Source of the DNA: an uncultured Acidimicrobiales bacterium
Lineage (GTDB): Bacteria; Actinomycetota; Acidimicrobiia; Acidimicrobiales; VFJN01
DNA: 64,000 nt
Assembly (NCBI GenBank): GCA_963842395.1
Contig: CAWJGJ010000002.1
Coordinates: forward strand, 1,013,426-1,077,425
Direction of reading: 5' to 3'
The position numbers were made by a program, and so were the translations under genes. How positions within the stretch are numbered: the first letter of the stretch is position 1; every line of letters begins with the position of its first letter. Under the pieces are notes generated by a model. The model did not search any database. It was not told the origin of the DNA and worked only from the letters and a program-made list of their open reading frames with translations. Positions 42,291 to 51,271 of the stretch are shown piece by piece.

Positions 42291-42953
42291 CTACTGCACC
42301 TCCTGGATCGTCCACGAGTCGACCAGGTCGGCGATCTCGTCCTTGTGGGTCTCGAAGTAGCAGGTCTCGCTGCAGCTCACCTCGAAGAAGGCCACCGCGG
42401 TGGTGGCGTCGTTGCGCACCGCGGTGCGGTCGACCACCGCCGTGGCCCCCTCGACCTCCATCTGGAACACCGTGTGCACGCCGCTGAAGCCGGCGGAGCC
42501 GAAGTCGATCGGCTCGTCCACCAGCACCCGCACCTGGGGCTGGCCCTCGGCCGGGGGGGTCGCCTCGAGCACGAGGGGATCGCGGGCGGGATCGCCCCGG
42601 CCCCGCAGCATGCTGAGGTTCAGCGCATCGCGCTGGTCGGACCGGAGGGCCAGGACCAGCACCCCGCCGGTGGGACTGGACGCACCGATGATCTGCGACC
42701 CCTCGACGCTGGGGTCGTCGGCGGCGTCGAACGTGCGGACCCAGGAGACCGCGCTCTGCTGGTCGCGCTCACGCTCCGAGTCGTCGGGGAACAGGTCGGC
42801 CTCGTCGTAGACGGTCCACTCCTCGGGGATACGGGCATAGATCCCGAGGTCGTCGTTCTGGACGTATTGGTACCCGGAGTCCCCGCAACCGGACGCGACG
42901 ACCGCTACGAGGGCCCCCAACGCTGTAAGCGACCACGTAGACCGCATCCACAT
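42291..42953 (-). CDS. Lipoprotein of unknown function, coupled to the FtsH paralogue
   Basis: Lipobox ASGC; its TAG directly abuts the ATG of the downstream gene. Confidence 0.8.
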   Translation of the reverse strand: MWMRSTWSLTALGALVAVVASGCGDSGYQYVQNDDLGIYARIPEEWTVYDEADLFPDDSERERDQQSAVSWVRTFDAADDPSVEGSQIIGASSPTGGVLVLALRSDQRDALNLSMLRGRGDPARDPLVLEATPPAEGQPQVRVLVDEPIDFGSAGFSGVHTVFQMEVEGATAVVDRTAVRNDATTAVAFFEVSCSETCYFETHKDEIADLVDSWTIQEVQ

Positions 42954-43026
42954 AGTGTCGCCGATCACATCACGAATAGCGACACGTCACGCGCCTTACG
43001 TCGCGGAATCTCCTGTTACGACAGGC

Positions 43027-44412
43027 TCACCACCGCGCCGCAGCCGACCGGGGATCTGCGCGCACGGTGACCGACGAGGCGGTGGGCACACCGTCGCGAT
43101 CGGACAGCTCGCGGCACAGGCGGTAGGCCACCCATCCCACGATCGGCGGCGCCACCAGGACGAGGATCCGGAAGGTCCACAGGATGGCGTTGACCGACAG
43201 CCCGAACGTCGCGGCCAGGACGTCGGCGGCCCCGCCCAGGAACAGGACGGTGTAGAAGGCGATGGTGGCCGCCCCCAGCGCGGTGCGCACCGGCCGCTGC
43301 CGGGGCCGGTCGAGCAGGTGGTGCTCGTCGTGGTCCCCCGTCACCCGGGCCTCGAGGAAGGGCCACGCGTACAGCAGCGTGAACGTCAGCCCCGCCAGCA
43401 GCACCCCGGGGAAGAACGGGTTGGGGATCTCGAACCCGAAGGCGCGGATCTCCCAGCCGGGCATGATGCGCAGGGCGCCGTCGAGCCAGCCCATGTACCA
43501 GTCGGGCTGGCTGGCGGCCGACACCTGCGCGGGGTCGAAGGGTCCGTAGATCCAGATGGGGTTGATCTGGAACACGCCCCCGAGGAACGCCAGCACCGCC
43601 GAGGTGAGGAAGAACAGCCCCAGCGCCTTGGCCGCGTAGGTGGGCCACATCCGCTCGCCCACCACGTTGCCCTCGCGCCGCCCCGGCCCGGAGAACTGGG
43701 TGTGCTTCTGGCGCACCAGGATGGCGAGGTGGCCGGTGAGCAGCACCGCGATGGCCACCGGCACCAACAGGATGTGGATCACGTAGAGCCGCTCGATGAT
43801 GTCGGGCCCCGGGAACTCGCCGCCGAACAGCAGCGACGCCAGCCAGGTGCCCACCAGCGGCACCGACAGGGTGATCGAGTACACGATGCGCAGTCCGGTG
43901 CCCGAGAGCTGGTCGTCGAGCAGGGAGTAGCCGAACAGCCCGTTCAGCAGGGCGAGGATCAGCAGGGTGCAGCCGATCACCCAGTTGAGCTCCCGCGGGC
44001 GGCGGAACGCCCCGGTGAAGAACACGCGGGCCAGGTGCACGGCCAGCGAGGCCAGGAACAGCAGCGCCGCCCAGTGGTGGATCTGGCGCATGACCAGCCC
44101 GGCCCGCACGTCGAAGCTGAGCTCCAGGGCCGAGCGGTACGCCTCCGTCATCTGCACGCCGTCGAGCGGCGCGTAGCTGCCGTCGTAGACGACGGGCCGG
44201 GAGCTGGGATCGAAGAAGAACGTGAGGTACACGCCCGTCAGCACCAGCACCACGAAGCAGTACAGGCCCAGCTCGCCGATCATGAACGACCAGTGGTCGG
44301 GGAACACCTTGTTGAGCGCGGTGCGGGCCAGCTTGGCCGTGCCGAGGCGCGAGTCGACCCAGCGGGCCATGCGGTGGGTGAGCAGCCGCTCGGGCCGCGG
44401 GCCGCCGCTCAC
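43027..44412 (-). CDS. qcrB: Cytochrome bc1 complex cytochrome b
   Basis: KVFPDHWSF, RQIHHWAA, GAFRRPRELNW, QKHTQF, SQPDWYMG, LLDRPR. Confidence 0.96.
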   Translation of the reverse strand: MSGGPRPERLLTHRMARWVDSRLGTAKLARTALNKVFPDHWSFMIGELGLYCFVVLVLTGVYLTFFFDPSSRPVVYDGSYAPLDGVQMTEAYRSALELSFDVRAGLVMRQIHHWAALLFLASLAVHLARVFFTGAFRRPRELNWVIGCTLLILALLNGLFGYSLLDDQLSGTGLRIVYSITLSVPLVGTWLASLLFGGEFPGPDIIERLYVIHILLVPVAIAVLLTGHLAILVRQKHTQFSGPGRREGNVVGERMWPTYAAKALGLFFLTSAVLAFLGGVFQINPIWIYGPFDPAQVSAASQPDWYMGWLDGALRIMPGWEIRAFGFEIPNPFFPGVLLAGLTFTLLYAWPFLEARVTGDHDEHHLLDRPRQRPVRTALGAATIAFYTVLFLGGAADVLAATFGLSVNAILWTFRILVLVAPPIVGWVAYRLCRELSDRDGVPTASSVTVRADPRSAAARW

Positions 44413-45317
44413 CGGTCGCGGTCCCAGAAACCGGGGCCGACGGGGCCCGAGAAGTCGCCGGTGGCGAAGACGTAGCCCTCGTCGTCGAGCGCGAGGGGGA
44501 GCTGCGGGAGCGGCCGGGCGGCGGGGCCGAACACCGGGTCGGCGCCGTCCATGACGGCGAACGTCGACTGGTGGCACGGGCACAGCAGCAGGCCGGACTC
44601 CGCCTGGTACAGCCCGACCGGGCACCCCACGTGGGTGCACAGCTTGGAGTACGCGACCAGGTTGTCGACGGTCCAGTCCTCGCGGCCGGGCACGGGGGTG
44701 AAGCCCTGGTCGTCGCCGTAGCGGATCAGCAGGGTGGACGCGTCGGCGGCGTCGGTGTGCCCCTGGGGCCACACGGTGATGAAGCCGCCCGTCTCGAGGT
44801 CGTCGGGCCGGACCGGCGAGCCGTCCTCGCGCACGACCCGCAGGTTGCCGGCCTTGTACGGCGTCTCCTTCAGGCCCTGGCCCGGACGCGGGCCGAGCGA
44901 GCGGATGGGGAACAGCACCGCCACGCCCAGGGCCGCACAGGCGCCGCCCGCGGTGCCGAGCAGCACCCGGCGGCTGCGCAGGCTCGACTCGCCGGCCGCG
45001 AAGTCGGCGGCGAAGGCGGACACATCGTCCTCGCTCGACGCCAGCGGGGGGCGCTCCTCGGCCACCTCGTCGTCGGGCATGAACGCCTTGGCCCAGACCA
45101 CGATCCCCACCCCGATCCCGCCGAGGGCGAGCGCGAGCAGCACCCCCTCGGCCTGCGGCTGGCCGCCCTGCCAGTAGACGACGGCGAGGGCGAGGGCGGC
45201 GAGCATCGACACCACGAAGGCGGCCGCCGCGCCCCACTCCGCCCGCCCGGAACCGGCGCCCGGGTCGGGCGCATCGACGTCGACGTCTGGCGCGTCCGGG
45301 TCGTGCTCGTCGGTCAC
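44409..45317 (-). CDS. qcrA: Cytochrome bc1 Rieske iron-sulfur subunit
   Basis: CTHVGC and CPCHQS; FGPAARPLPQL. Confidence 0.96.
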   Translation of the reverse strand: MTDEHDPDAPDVDVDAPDPGAGSGRAEWGAAAAFVVSMLAALALAVVYWQGGQPQAEGVLLALALGGIGVGIVVWAKAFMPDDEVAEERPPLASSEDDVSAFAADFAAGESSLRSRRVLLGTAGGACAALGVAVLFPIRSLGPRPGQGLKETPYKAGNLRVVREDGSPVRPDDLETGGFITVWPQGHTDAADASTLLIRYGDDQGFTPVPGREDWTVDNLVAYSKLCTHVGCPVGLYQAESGLLLCPCHQSTFAVMDGADPVFGPAARPLPQLPLALDDEGYVFATGDFSGPVGPGFWDRDR

Positions 45318-46120
45318 GTCCGGCTCCGACGGATCGGGCTGCGGGTGCCGATCCACGCCACCAGCGCCAGCAACGCCACCATGCCCACCAGCCAGGCCAC
45401 GAACCCCTCGGGGATGGGCCCGGTGCGACCGATGGGGATGCCGCCGGGGTCCTCCGGGTCCTGGAGGTAGTCGACGTAGGCGACCAGGTCGTTCAGCTCC
45501 TCGTGGCTCAGCGTCTCGGGACCGAAGACCGGCATCTGGCCCGGCCCCACCCGCACGGCCGCCCCCACCTCGGTGGGCGTCGCGTCGGACAGGCGGGGCG
45601 CGGCGCTGCCGTAGCTCAGGGCGCCGCCGCTGCCCGAGGCGCTGTGGCACGCCTGGCAGTTGGCCCGGAACACCTCGCCCCCGGCCGCCAGGTCGCCGGC
45701 CTCGGCGTCGACGACCGGCACCGGCGGCCCGTCGCCCAGCGAGCCGACGTAGGCCACCAGCGCCTCGATCTCGTCGGCGTCGTACGCGGGCTCCTTGCGG
45801 GTGGGCTGCTCCTCGCTGTTGGCGAGCGGCATGCGACCGGTCGAGAGGTAGTAGTACGCGGCGGCCTCGCCCGCCTGCTCCAGCGAGGGGCCCTGCGCGC
45901 CGTCGTCCTCGTCGCCGACCACGCCCTCGCCCTCCGGGCCGTGGCAGCTCGAGCAGCCGGTGGTGTACAGCTCGCGTCCCCGCTCGACCAGCTCGTCGTC
46001 CTGGCCCGCCGCCGGTCGCACCGGGAGGCACGACAGCAGGCCCGCCACCGCCGCCACCACCGGCAGCGCCACCAGCAGTCGGGCCGGTCGTGCAGTTCCC
46101 TCGTCGTGGATCCGGGTCAT
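45314..46120 (-). CDS. qcrC: Cytochrome bc1 di-heme cytochrome c
   Basis: CSSCH and CQACH; TGRMP, GPGQMPVF, GPIPEG, C-terminal TM helix. Confidence 0.96.
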   Translation of the reverse strand: MTRIHDEGTARPARLLVALPVVAAVAGLLSCLPVRPAAGQDDELVERGRELYTTGCSSCHGPEGEGVVGDEDDGAQGPSLEQAGEAAAYYYLSTGRMPLANSEEQPTRKEPAYDADEIEALVAYVGSLGDGPPVPVVDAEAGDLAAGGEVFRANCQACHSASGSGGALSYGSAAPRLSDATPTEVGAAVRVGPGQMPVFGPETLSHEELNDLVAYVDYLQDPEDPGGIPIGRTGPIPEGFVAWLVGMVALLALVAWIGTRSPIRRSRT

Positions 46121-46130
46121 CGCAGCCGGG

Positions 46131-46706
46131 TCACCGCAGCAGGTACACGGTGGCGAACATGGCGACCCACACCACGTCGACGAAGTGCCAGTAGTAGGAG
46201 CACACCTCGACCGTCTGGTGGGTGGGCGCCCGCGACCGGCCGACGACGGCGGCGGCCACGGCCCCCATGAAGATCAGCCCTCCCAGCACGTGCAGGCCGT
46301 GGAAGCCGGTCATGAGGTAGAAGACCGAGCCGTAGGCGTGGTCGTCGATGCGGAACGGCGCCTCGACGTACTCGACCACCTGGTTGGCGAGGAACACCGC
46401 CCCCATCAGCGCCGTGACGCCGAGCCACCGGGAGGCGCCCCGCGAGTCGTCCCGCCGGGCCGCCACCACCGCCATGTGCATGGCCGCGCTCGACGCGACC
46501 AGCACGACCGTCGCCGCCGCGGTGCGGGCGGTGGCCAGCTCGACGTCGGCGGGGGGCCAGGTGTCGTTGACCGACCGCAGCGTGAAGTAGGCCGCGAAGA
46601 GCCCGGCGAAGAACATGAGCTCCGAGGCCAACCACACGACCACTCCCACCCCCAGGGGGGACGGGGGCGCATGGGCGGACGGGGTCGGCTCGACGGTGAC
46701 CGACAC
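46131..46706 (-). CDS. ctaE: Cytochrome c oxidase subunit III
   Basis: WLASELMFFAGLF, FYLMTGFHGLHV, YYWHFVDVVW. Confidence 0.96.
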   Translation of the reverse strand: MSVTVEPTPSAHAPPSPLGVGVVVWLASELMFFAGLFAAYFTLRSVNDTWPPADVELATARTAAATVVLVASSAAMHMAVVAARRDDSRGASRWLGVTALMGAVFLANQVVEYVEAPFRIDDHAYGSVFYLMTGFHGLHVLGGLIFMGAVAAAVVGRSRAPTHQTVEVCSYYWHFVDVVWVAMFATVYLLR

Positions 46707-46814
46707 GCCCGCCGTTGTAGCAGAGCGACGACCGATGGTGGGGCGATCGCCGCCCCGCCACCGGCACGTCCCGCTCCGGTCGGCCGGCCCGCACGCCGGG
46801 TACCGTGGCGGGCG

Positions 46815-47660
46815 GTGCCCGACCCCCGCGCCGCCGACCTGGCCTTCGGCTGGCAGCTCGACGCTGCGGCCCTGCTGCCGGCCGCGCTGGCGGCGGTGCT
46901 GTACGTCCGGGGCGTCCGCCGGCTGGCGGCCCGGGGCCGCAGGTGGCCGGCCGCCCGGGGCGCGGCGCTCGCCGGCGCCGTGGCGGTGGCCGTGGCCGCC
47001 ACCCAGTCGGGCATCGCCCGGCACGAGGACGCCCGGCTGTGGGTCCACATGGTGCAGCACGCCCTGCTCGGCCTGGTGGTGCCGCTGCTGGTGGTGCTGG
47101 CCGCGCCCCTCACCCTGGCGCTGCAGTCTGGATCGACCGGCACCCGTGCGTGGCTGCGGTCGGCGCTGCGCAGCGCGCCCGCCCGCGCGCTCACCCGCCC
47201 CGTCGTCGCCTGGGCGCTGTTCGGCGGGAGCCTCGTTGTGCTGTACCTGACGCCGCTGCTCGACCTGGCCTCCCGCAACGACGCCGTCCACGTGGCGGTG
47301 CATGCCCATGTGGTGGCGACGGGGCTGCTGTTCCTCGCCGTGCTGGTGGGCGTCGACCCGCTCCCCCATCGCCCGCCCCCGGGCGCCCGCCTGCTGGCGC
47401 TGCTGGTGGCGGTGCCGTTCCACGCGGTCGTCGGGCTGGCGCTGCTGTCGGCCGGTGCGCCCCTGGCGCCCGACGCCTACCCGCTGCTGTCGGACCAGCG
47501 CACCGCGGCGGGCCTGTTCTGGGGCACGGGCGAGCTGTTCACGCTGGTCGTCGCGGCCGTGATCGCGCGCCAGTGGTGGGTGGCCGAGCAGCGGGCGGCG
47601 GCCCGCGACGACCGCCGCCTGGCCGCGGCCACACCCTCGGTCAGTCGGGGGCCGTGTTGA
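46815..47660 (+). CDS. ctaG: Cytochrome c oxidase assembly protein (Caa3_CtaG family)
   Basis: HMVQHALLG, PLLVVLAAPLTLAL, LYLTPL, VGVDPLP, PFHAVVG, DQRTAAGLFW..GE. Confidence 0.9.
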   Translation: MPDPRAADLAFGWQLDAAALLPAALAAVLYVRGVRRLAARGRRWPAARGAALAGAVAVAVAATQSGIARHEDARLWVHMVQHALLGLVVPLLVVLAAPLTLALQSGSTGTRAWLRSALRSAPARALTRPVVAWALFGGSLVVLYLTPLLDLASRNDAVHVAVHAHVVATGLLFLAVLVGVDPLPHRPPPGARLLALLVAVPFHAVVGLALLSAGAPLAPDAYPLLSDQRTAAGLFWGTGELFTLVVAAVIARQWWVAEQRAAARDDRRLAAATPSVSRGPC

Positions 47661-48267
47661 CGCGGTTCATCGCCACGTCGACGCCGTCGGAGACGATCAG
47701 CTCGACGGCGTCGGCCGCCCGCTGAACCGCGACGTCGAGCTCGGTGCGGTCGCGCCGGCCCACCCGCTTGAGCACGTGATCGGCGCCCTGCTCGCGGCTG
47801 ACGGGCTTGCCCACCCCGATCCGCACCCGCAGGAACCCGTCGTCGTGGAGGTGGGCCTTGATCGAGCGCAGCCCGTTGTGCCCCGCGAGGCCGCCGCCGT
47901 TCTTGACCTTGACGCGGGCGAGCGGCAGGTCGAGCTCGTCCTGCACGATGACGATCTGCCCGGGCTCGGTGATGCCGTGCCGGCGCACCAGCAGGGCCAC
48001 CGACTCGCCGGAGAGGTTCACGAACGTCTGCGGGAACGCGAGCGTCACCCGCTTGCCGTCGATGTGGACCTCGGCGACGAGCGCCCGCTCCTTCGACCGC
48101 TTGAGCGAACCGCCGTGCCGCTGCGCCAGCAGGTCGACGACCTCGGCGCCGACGTTGTGGCGCGATCCCTGGTACTCGGCGCCCGGGTTGCCGAGGCCCA
48201 CCACCAGCACGTCGGCGGGGGTGCCCCGGCGCTCGGACGCCCGGCCCCCCCGACCGAACAGTGCCAT
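47641..48267 (-). CDS. pth: Peptidyl-tRNA hydrolase
   Basis: VVGLGNPG, SRHNVG, NLSG, DELDLP, GHNGLRSI, RVRIGVG. Confidence 0.97.
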   Translation of the reverse strand: MALFGRGGRASERRGTPADVLVVGLGNPGAEYQGSRHNVGAEVVDLLAQRHGGSLKRSKERALVAEVHIDGKRVTLAFPQTFVNLSGESVALLVRRHGITEPGQIVIVQDELDLPLARVKVKNGGGLAGHNGLRSIKAHLHDDGFLRVRIGVGKPVSREQGADHVLKRVGRRDRTELDVAVQRAADAVELIVSDGVDVAMNRVNTAPD

Positions 48268-48282
48268 CGGCGGTGCGGGGGG

Positions 48283-48960
48283 CTACTCGGCGTCGGCGTC
48301 GCCGCCGTCGCCGGCGCTCTCGCCTTCGCCCTCGGCACCCTCGCCCTCGGCGCCTTCCTCGCCTTCGCCTTCGCCCTCGGCCTCTTCCTCGGCCAGGGCC
48401 AGGCTGGTGAGCTTGGCGGTGACGACCGTCTCGTCGAGGTCGACCTCGGTCGTGACGCCCTCGGGCAGCACCAGGTCGGCGACGGTGATGGTGTGGCCGA
48501 TCTCGAGCTCGCTCACGTCGACCGCCAGGTGGCCGGGGATGGCGTCGGGCTTGGCCTGGATGATGAGGGCGTTCAGCACCTGGTCGACCACGCCCTGCTC
48601 GCGCAGGACCAAGATGGCCTCGCCCTCGAGCACGATCGGCACGTCGGTGGTGATGGCCACGTCGATGTCGACGGACAGGAAGTCGACGTGCAGCACGTCG
48701 CGCCGCACCGGGTGGCGCTGCATCTCCTTGACGATGGCCGTGGTCTTCGTCTTGCCCACCTTCACGGTGAGCAGGGCGTTGAGGCCCTTGTCGGTGGTGA
48801 GCGCCGTGCGCAGCTCGCGCCAGTCGACGGTGATGGGCTGGGGCTCGGCGCCCCGGCCGTAGAGCACGGCCGGCACCTTGCCGTTGGCCCGCAGGCGCCG
48901 GGAGGCGGCGGAGCCGGTGGTGCGGCCGGTCTCGGCCACCAGGATGATGTCGTCAGCCAT
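48283..48960 (-). CDS. rplY: 50S ribosomal protein L25/general stress protein Ctc
   Basis: SRRLRANGKVPAVLYG, QRHPV...LHVDF; lies between prs and pth. Confidence 0.97.
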   Translation of the reverse strand: MADDIILVAETGRTTGSAASRRLRANGKVPAVLYGRGAEPQPITVDWRELRTALTTDKGLNALLTVKVGKTKTTAIVKEMQRHPVRRDVLHVDFLSVDIDVAITTDVPIVLEGEAILVLREQGVVDQVLNALIIQAKPDAIPGHLAVDVSELEIGHTITVADLVLPEGVTTEVDLDETVVTAKLTSLALAEEEAEGEGEGEEGAEGEGAEGEGESAGDGGDADAE

Positions 48961-49064
48961 CGGAGTCTCCTACTTCTGACGTCGCGCCGGAGCGCTTCGG
49001 TTGTGGATGAGAGCCGTCAGAGGCTAGCGGCGCCGCCGCGTCCGGGACGAACCCGCGCCGGCGG

Positions 49065-50048
49065 CTACGACAGGTTGGCGCCGTCGAAGATCTCGGACAC
49101 CGACGTGTCCTCGAAGACCGCGTCGATGGCATCCGCGATGACCTTGGCCACCGACAGCACCTCGATCTTGTCGATCTGCTTCTCGGGCGGCAGCGGCAGC
49201 GTGTTGGTGACCACCACCTTGGAGATCACGGAGTTCTTCAGCCGGTCGATGGCGGGACCCGAGAGCACGCCGTGGGTGGCGGCCGCGCACACCTGGCTGG
49301 CGCCCTGCTCCATGAGCTGCTCCGCGGCGGCCACCAGCGTGCCGCCCGTGTCGATCATGTCGTCGATGAGCACGCACGGCCGCCCGGCCACGTTGCCGAC
49401 GACCTCCTTGGCCTCGACCGTGTTCTTCTCGCCCCGCACGCGGCGCTTGTGCACGATGGCCAGGTCGGCGTGCAGCACGTTGGCGTAGCGCTCGGCGACC
49501 TTCACCCGCCCGGCGTCGGGCGAGACCACCACGAGGTCGTGGCCCATGTCCTGCTCGAGGTAGCGCACCAGCACCGGCATGGCCACGAGGTGGTCGAAGG
49601 GGCCGTCGAAGAAGCCCTGGATCTGGCCCGAGTGCAGGTCGACCGACATCAGCCGGTCGGCCCCGGCCGCGGCGAAGGCGTTGGCCACCAGCTTGGCCGC
49701 GATGGGCTCGCGGCCCTCGGCCTTGCGGTCCTGGCGGCCGTAGCCGTAGAAGGGCATCACCGCGGTGATGCGCTTGGCCGAGGCGCGCCGGGCGGCGTCG
49801 ACCATCTGCAGGTGCTCCATGATGGTGTCGTTCACCGACATGTGGCCGCTGGCGCCGTGGCTCTGGATGATGAACACGTCCATGCCGCGCACCGACTCGC
49901 CGAACCGGCAGTGGATCTCGCCGTTGGCGAAGTCGGTGCAGTTCGCGTCGCCGAGCGAAACGTCCAGCGCCGCGGCGATCTCCTGAGCCAGAGGGAGGTT
50001 GGCCCGTCCGGACACCAGGTGCAGCTTCTTCTTGGTGACGAGCTCCAT
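49065..50048 (-). CDS. prs: Ribose-phosphate pyrophosphokinase
   Basis: FANGEI, PFYGYGRQDRK, DLHSGQIQGFF, VSPDAG, IDDMIDTGGT. Confidence 0.98.
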   Translation of the reverse strand: MELVTKKKLHLVSGRANLPLAQEIAAALDVSLGDANCTDFANGEIHCRFGESVRGMDVFIIQSHGASGHMSVNDTIMEHLQMVDAARRASAKRITAVMPFYGYGRQDRKAEGREPIAAKLVANAFAAAGADRLMSVDLHSGQIQGFFDGPFDHLVAMPVLVRYLEQDMGHDLVVVSPDAGRVKVAERYANVLHADLAIVHKRRVRGEKNTVEAKEVVGNVAGRPCVLIDDMIDTGGTLVAAAEQLMEQGASQVCAAATHGVLSGPAIDRLKNSVISKVVVTNTLPLPPEKQIDKIEVLSVAKVIADAIDAVFEDTSVSEIFDGANLS

Positions 50049-50082
50049 ACGACCTCTCCCCCGGCTCCGGCCGGGCTGCTGC

Positions 50083-51189
50083 CTAGCCGGTGCCGCCAGT
50101 GTAGAAGGGCCCGGTCCGCACGCCCGAACCGACACGGGATCCGGGCTCGAGCACGGCGAACGGGCCCACGACCGCGTCGTCGCCGATCTCGGCCAAGGTG
50201 GCCACCGTCTCGTTGACCTTGGCCCGCTCGCCCACCCGGGTGTCGGCCAGGCGGCTGGTCGGCCCGACCTCGGTGCCCGCGCCGACCACGGTCTGCCCCT
50301 GCAGCACCGTGCCCGGGAAGATGACGACGTCGGGGGCCAGCACGACGGTGGTGTCGATGAAAGTCGACGACGGGTCGACCATGCCCACGCCCTCGCGCAT
50401 CCAGTGCTCGTTGGTGCGGCGGCGCAGCTCGGCCTCGGCGACCGCCAGCTGCGCCCGGTCGTTGACGCCCTGGGTCTGCTGGGCGTCGTCGGCCACCAGG
50501 GACACGACGGGATGCCCCGCCTCGGCGAGGACGCCCACCACGTCGGTGACGTACAGCTCGCCCTGGGCGTTGTGGGGTGTCAGGCGGCGCAGAGCCGGGG
50601 CCAGCAGGCTGCGGCGGAACACGTAGATGCTGGTGTTGATCTCGTCGACGGCCAGCTCGGCCTCGTCGGCGTCCCGGTGCTCCACCACGCGGCGCACCCG
50701 GCCGTCCTTGTCACGGACCACCCGGCCGTAGCCGCTCGGGTCGTCCATGCGGGCCGTGAGCAGCGTGCAGGCCGCGCCCGACAGCCGGTGCTCGACCACG
50801 AGGTCGGCCAGCGACTCGGGGCGGATCAGCGGCGTGTCGCCGGGCAGGACCAGCACGTCTCCGTCGTCGGCACCGGGTGCGTCGAGGTCGTCGTCGGGCA
50901 GGCCCGTCAGCCCGACCGCCACCGCGTCGCCGGTGCCGTTCTGGACCCGCTGCTCGACGAACTCGAGGGGCACCGCGCCGGGGTCCTCCAGCAGGGTCTT
51001 GATGACGAGGTCGGCGCCGAAGCCCACGACCACCACCGCCCGGTCGGGGTCGCACCCCGCGACGGCGTCGAGCACGTAGCGCACCAGCGGCCGGCCGCAC
51101 AGCATGTGCAGCGGCTTGGGACGGGCCGAGCGCATGCGCGTGCCCTGACCCGCGGCCAGGACGATGGCGGAGAGAGGACGCTCGCTCAC
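50083..51189 (-). CDS. glmU: GlmU-like uridylyltransferase with truncated acetyltransferase (LbH) domain
   Basis: VLAAGQGTRMRS..PKPLH, QNGTGDA, GYGRVVR, NAQGELYVTD, GVNDR; ends after a few hexapeptide coils. Confidence 0.92.
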   Translation of the reverse strand: MSERPLSAIVLAAGQGTRMRSARPKPLHMLCGRPLVRYVLDAVAGCDPDRAVVVVGFGADLVIKTLLEDPGAVPLEFVEQRVQNGTGDAVAVGLTGLPDDDLDAPGADDGDVLVLPGDTPLIRPESLADLVVEHRLSGAACTLLTARMDDPSGYGRVVRDKDGRVRRVVEHRDADEAELAVDEINTSIYVFRRSLLAPALRRLTPHNAQGELYVTDVVGVLAEAGHPVVSLVADDAQQTQGVNDRAQLAVAEAELRRRTNEHWMREGVGMVDPSSTFIDTTVVLAPDVVIFPGTVLQGQTVVGAGTEVGPTSRLADTRVGERAKVNETVATLAEIGDDAVVGPFAVLEPGSRVGSGVRTGPFYTGGTG

Positions 51190-51221
51190 TGCTTCCCGCT
51201 GACACTGATGCACTCGCTCAT
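51186..51221 (-). other. Leaderless 11-codon uORF (MSECISVSGKQ*) whose stop overlaps the glmU GTG; apparent 32-bp insertion
   Basis: CTCGCTCA is duplicated at 51181-51188 and 51213-51220; TACAAC lies 7 nt before the ATG. Confidence 0.5.
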
Positions 51222-51271
51222 GTGCACAGTTGTAGCGCCCGCGGTGCCGCGACGCGCGCCACGGTCGGTGA

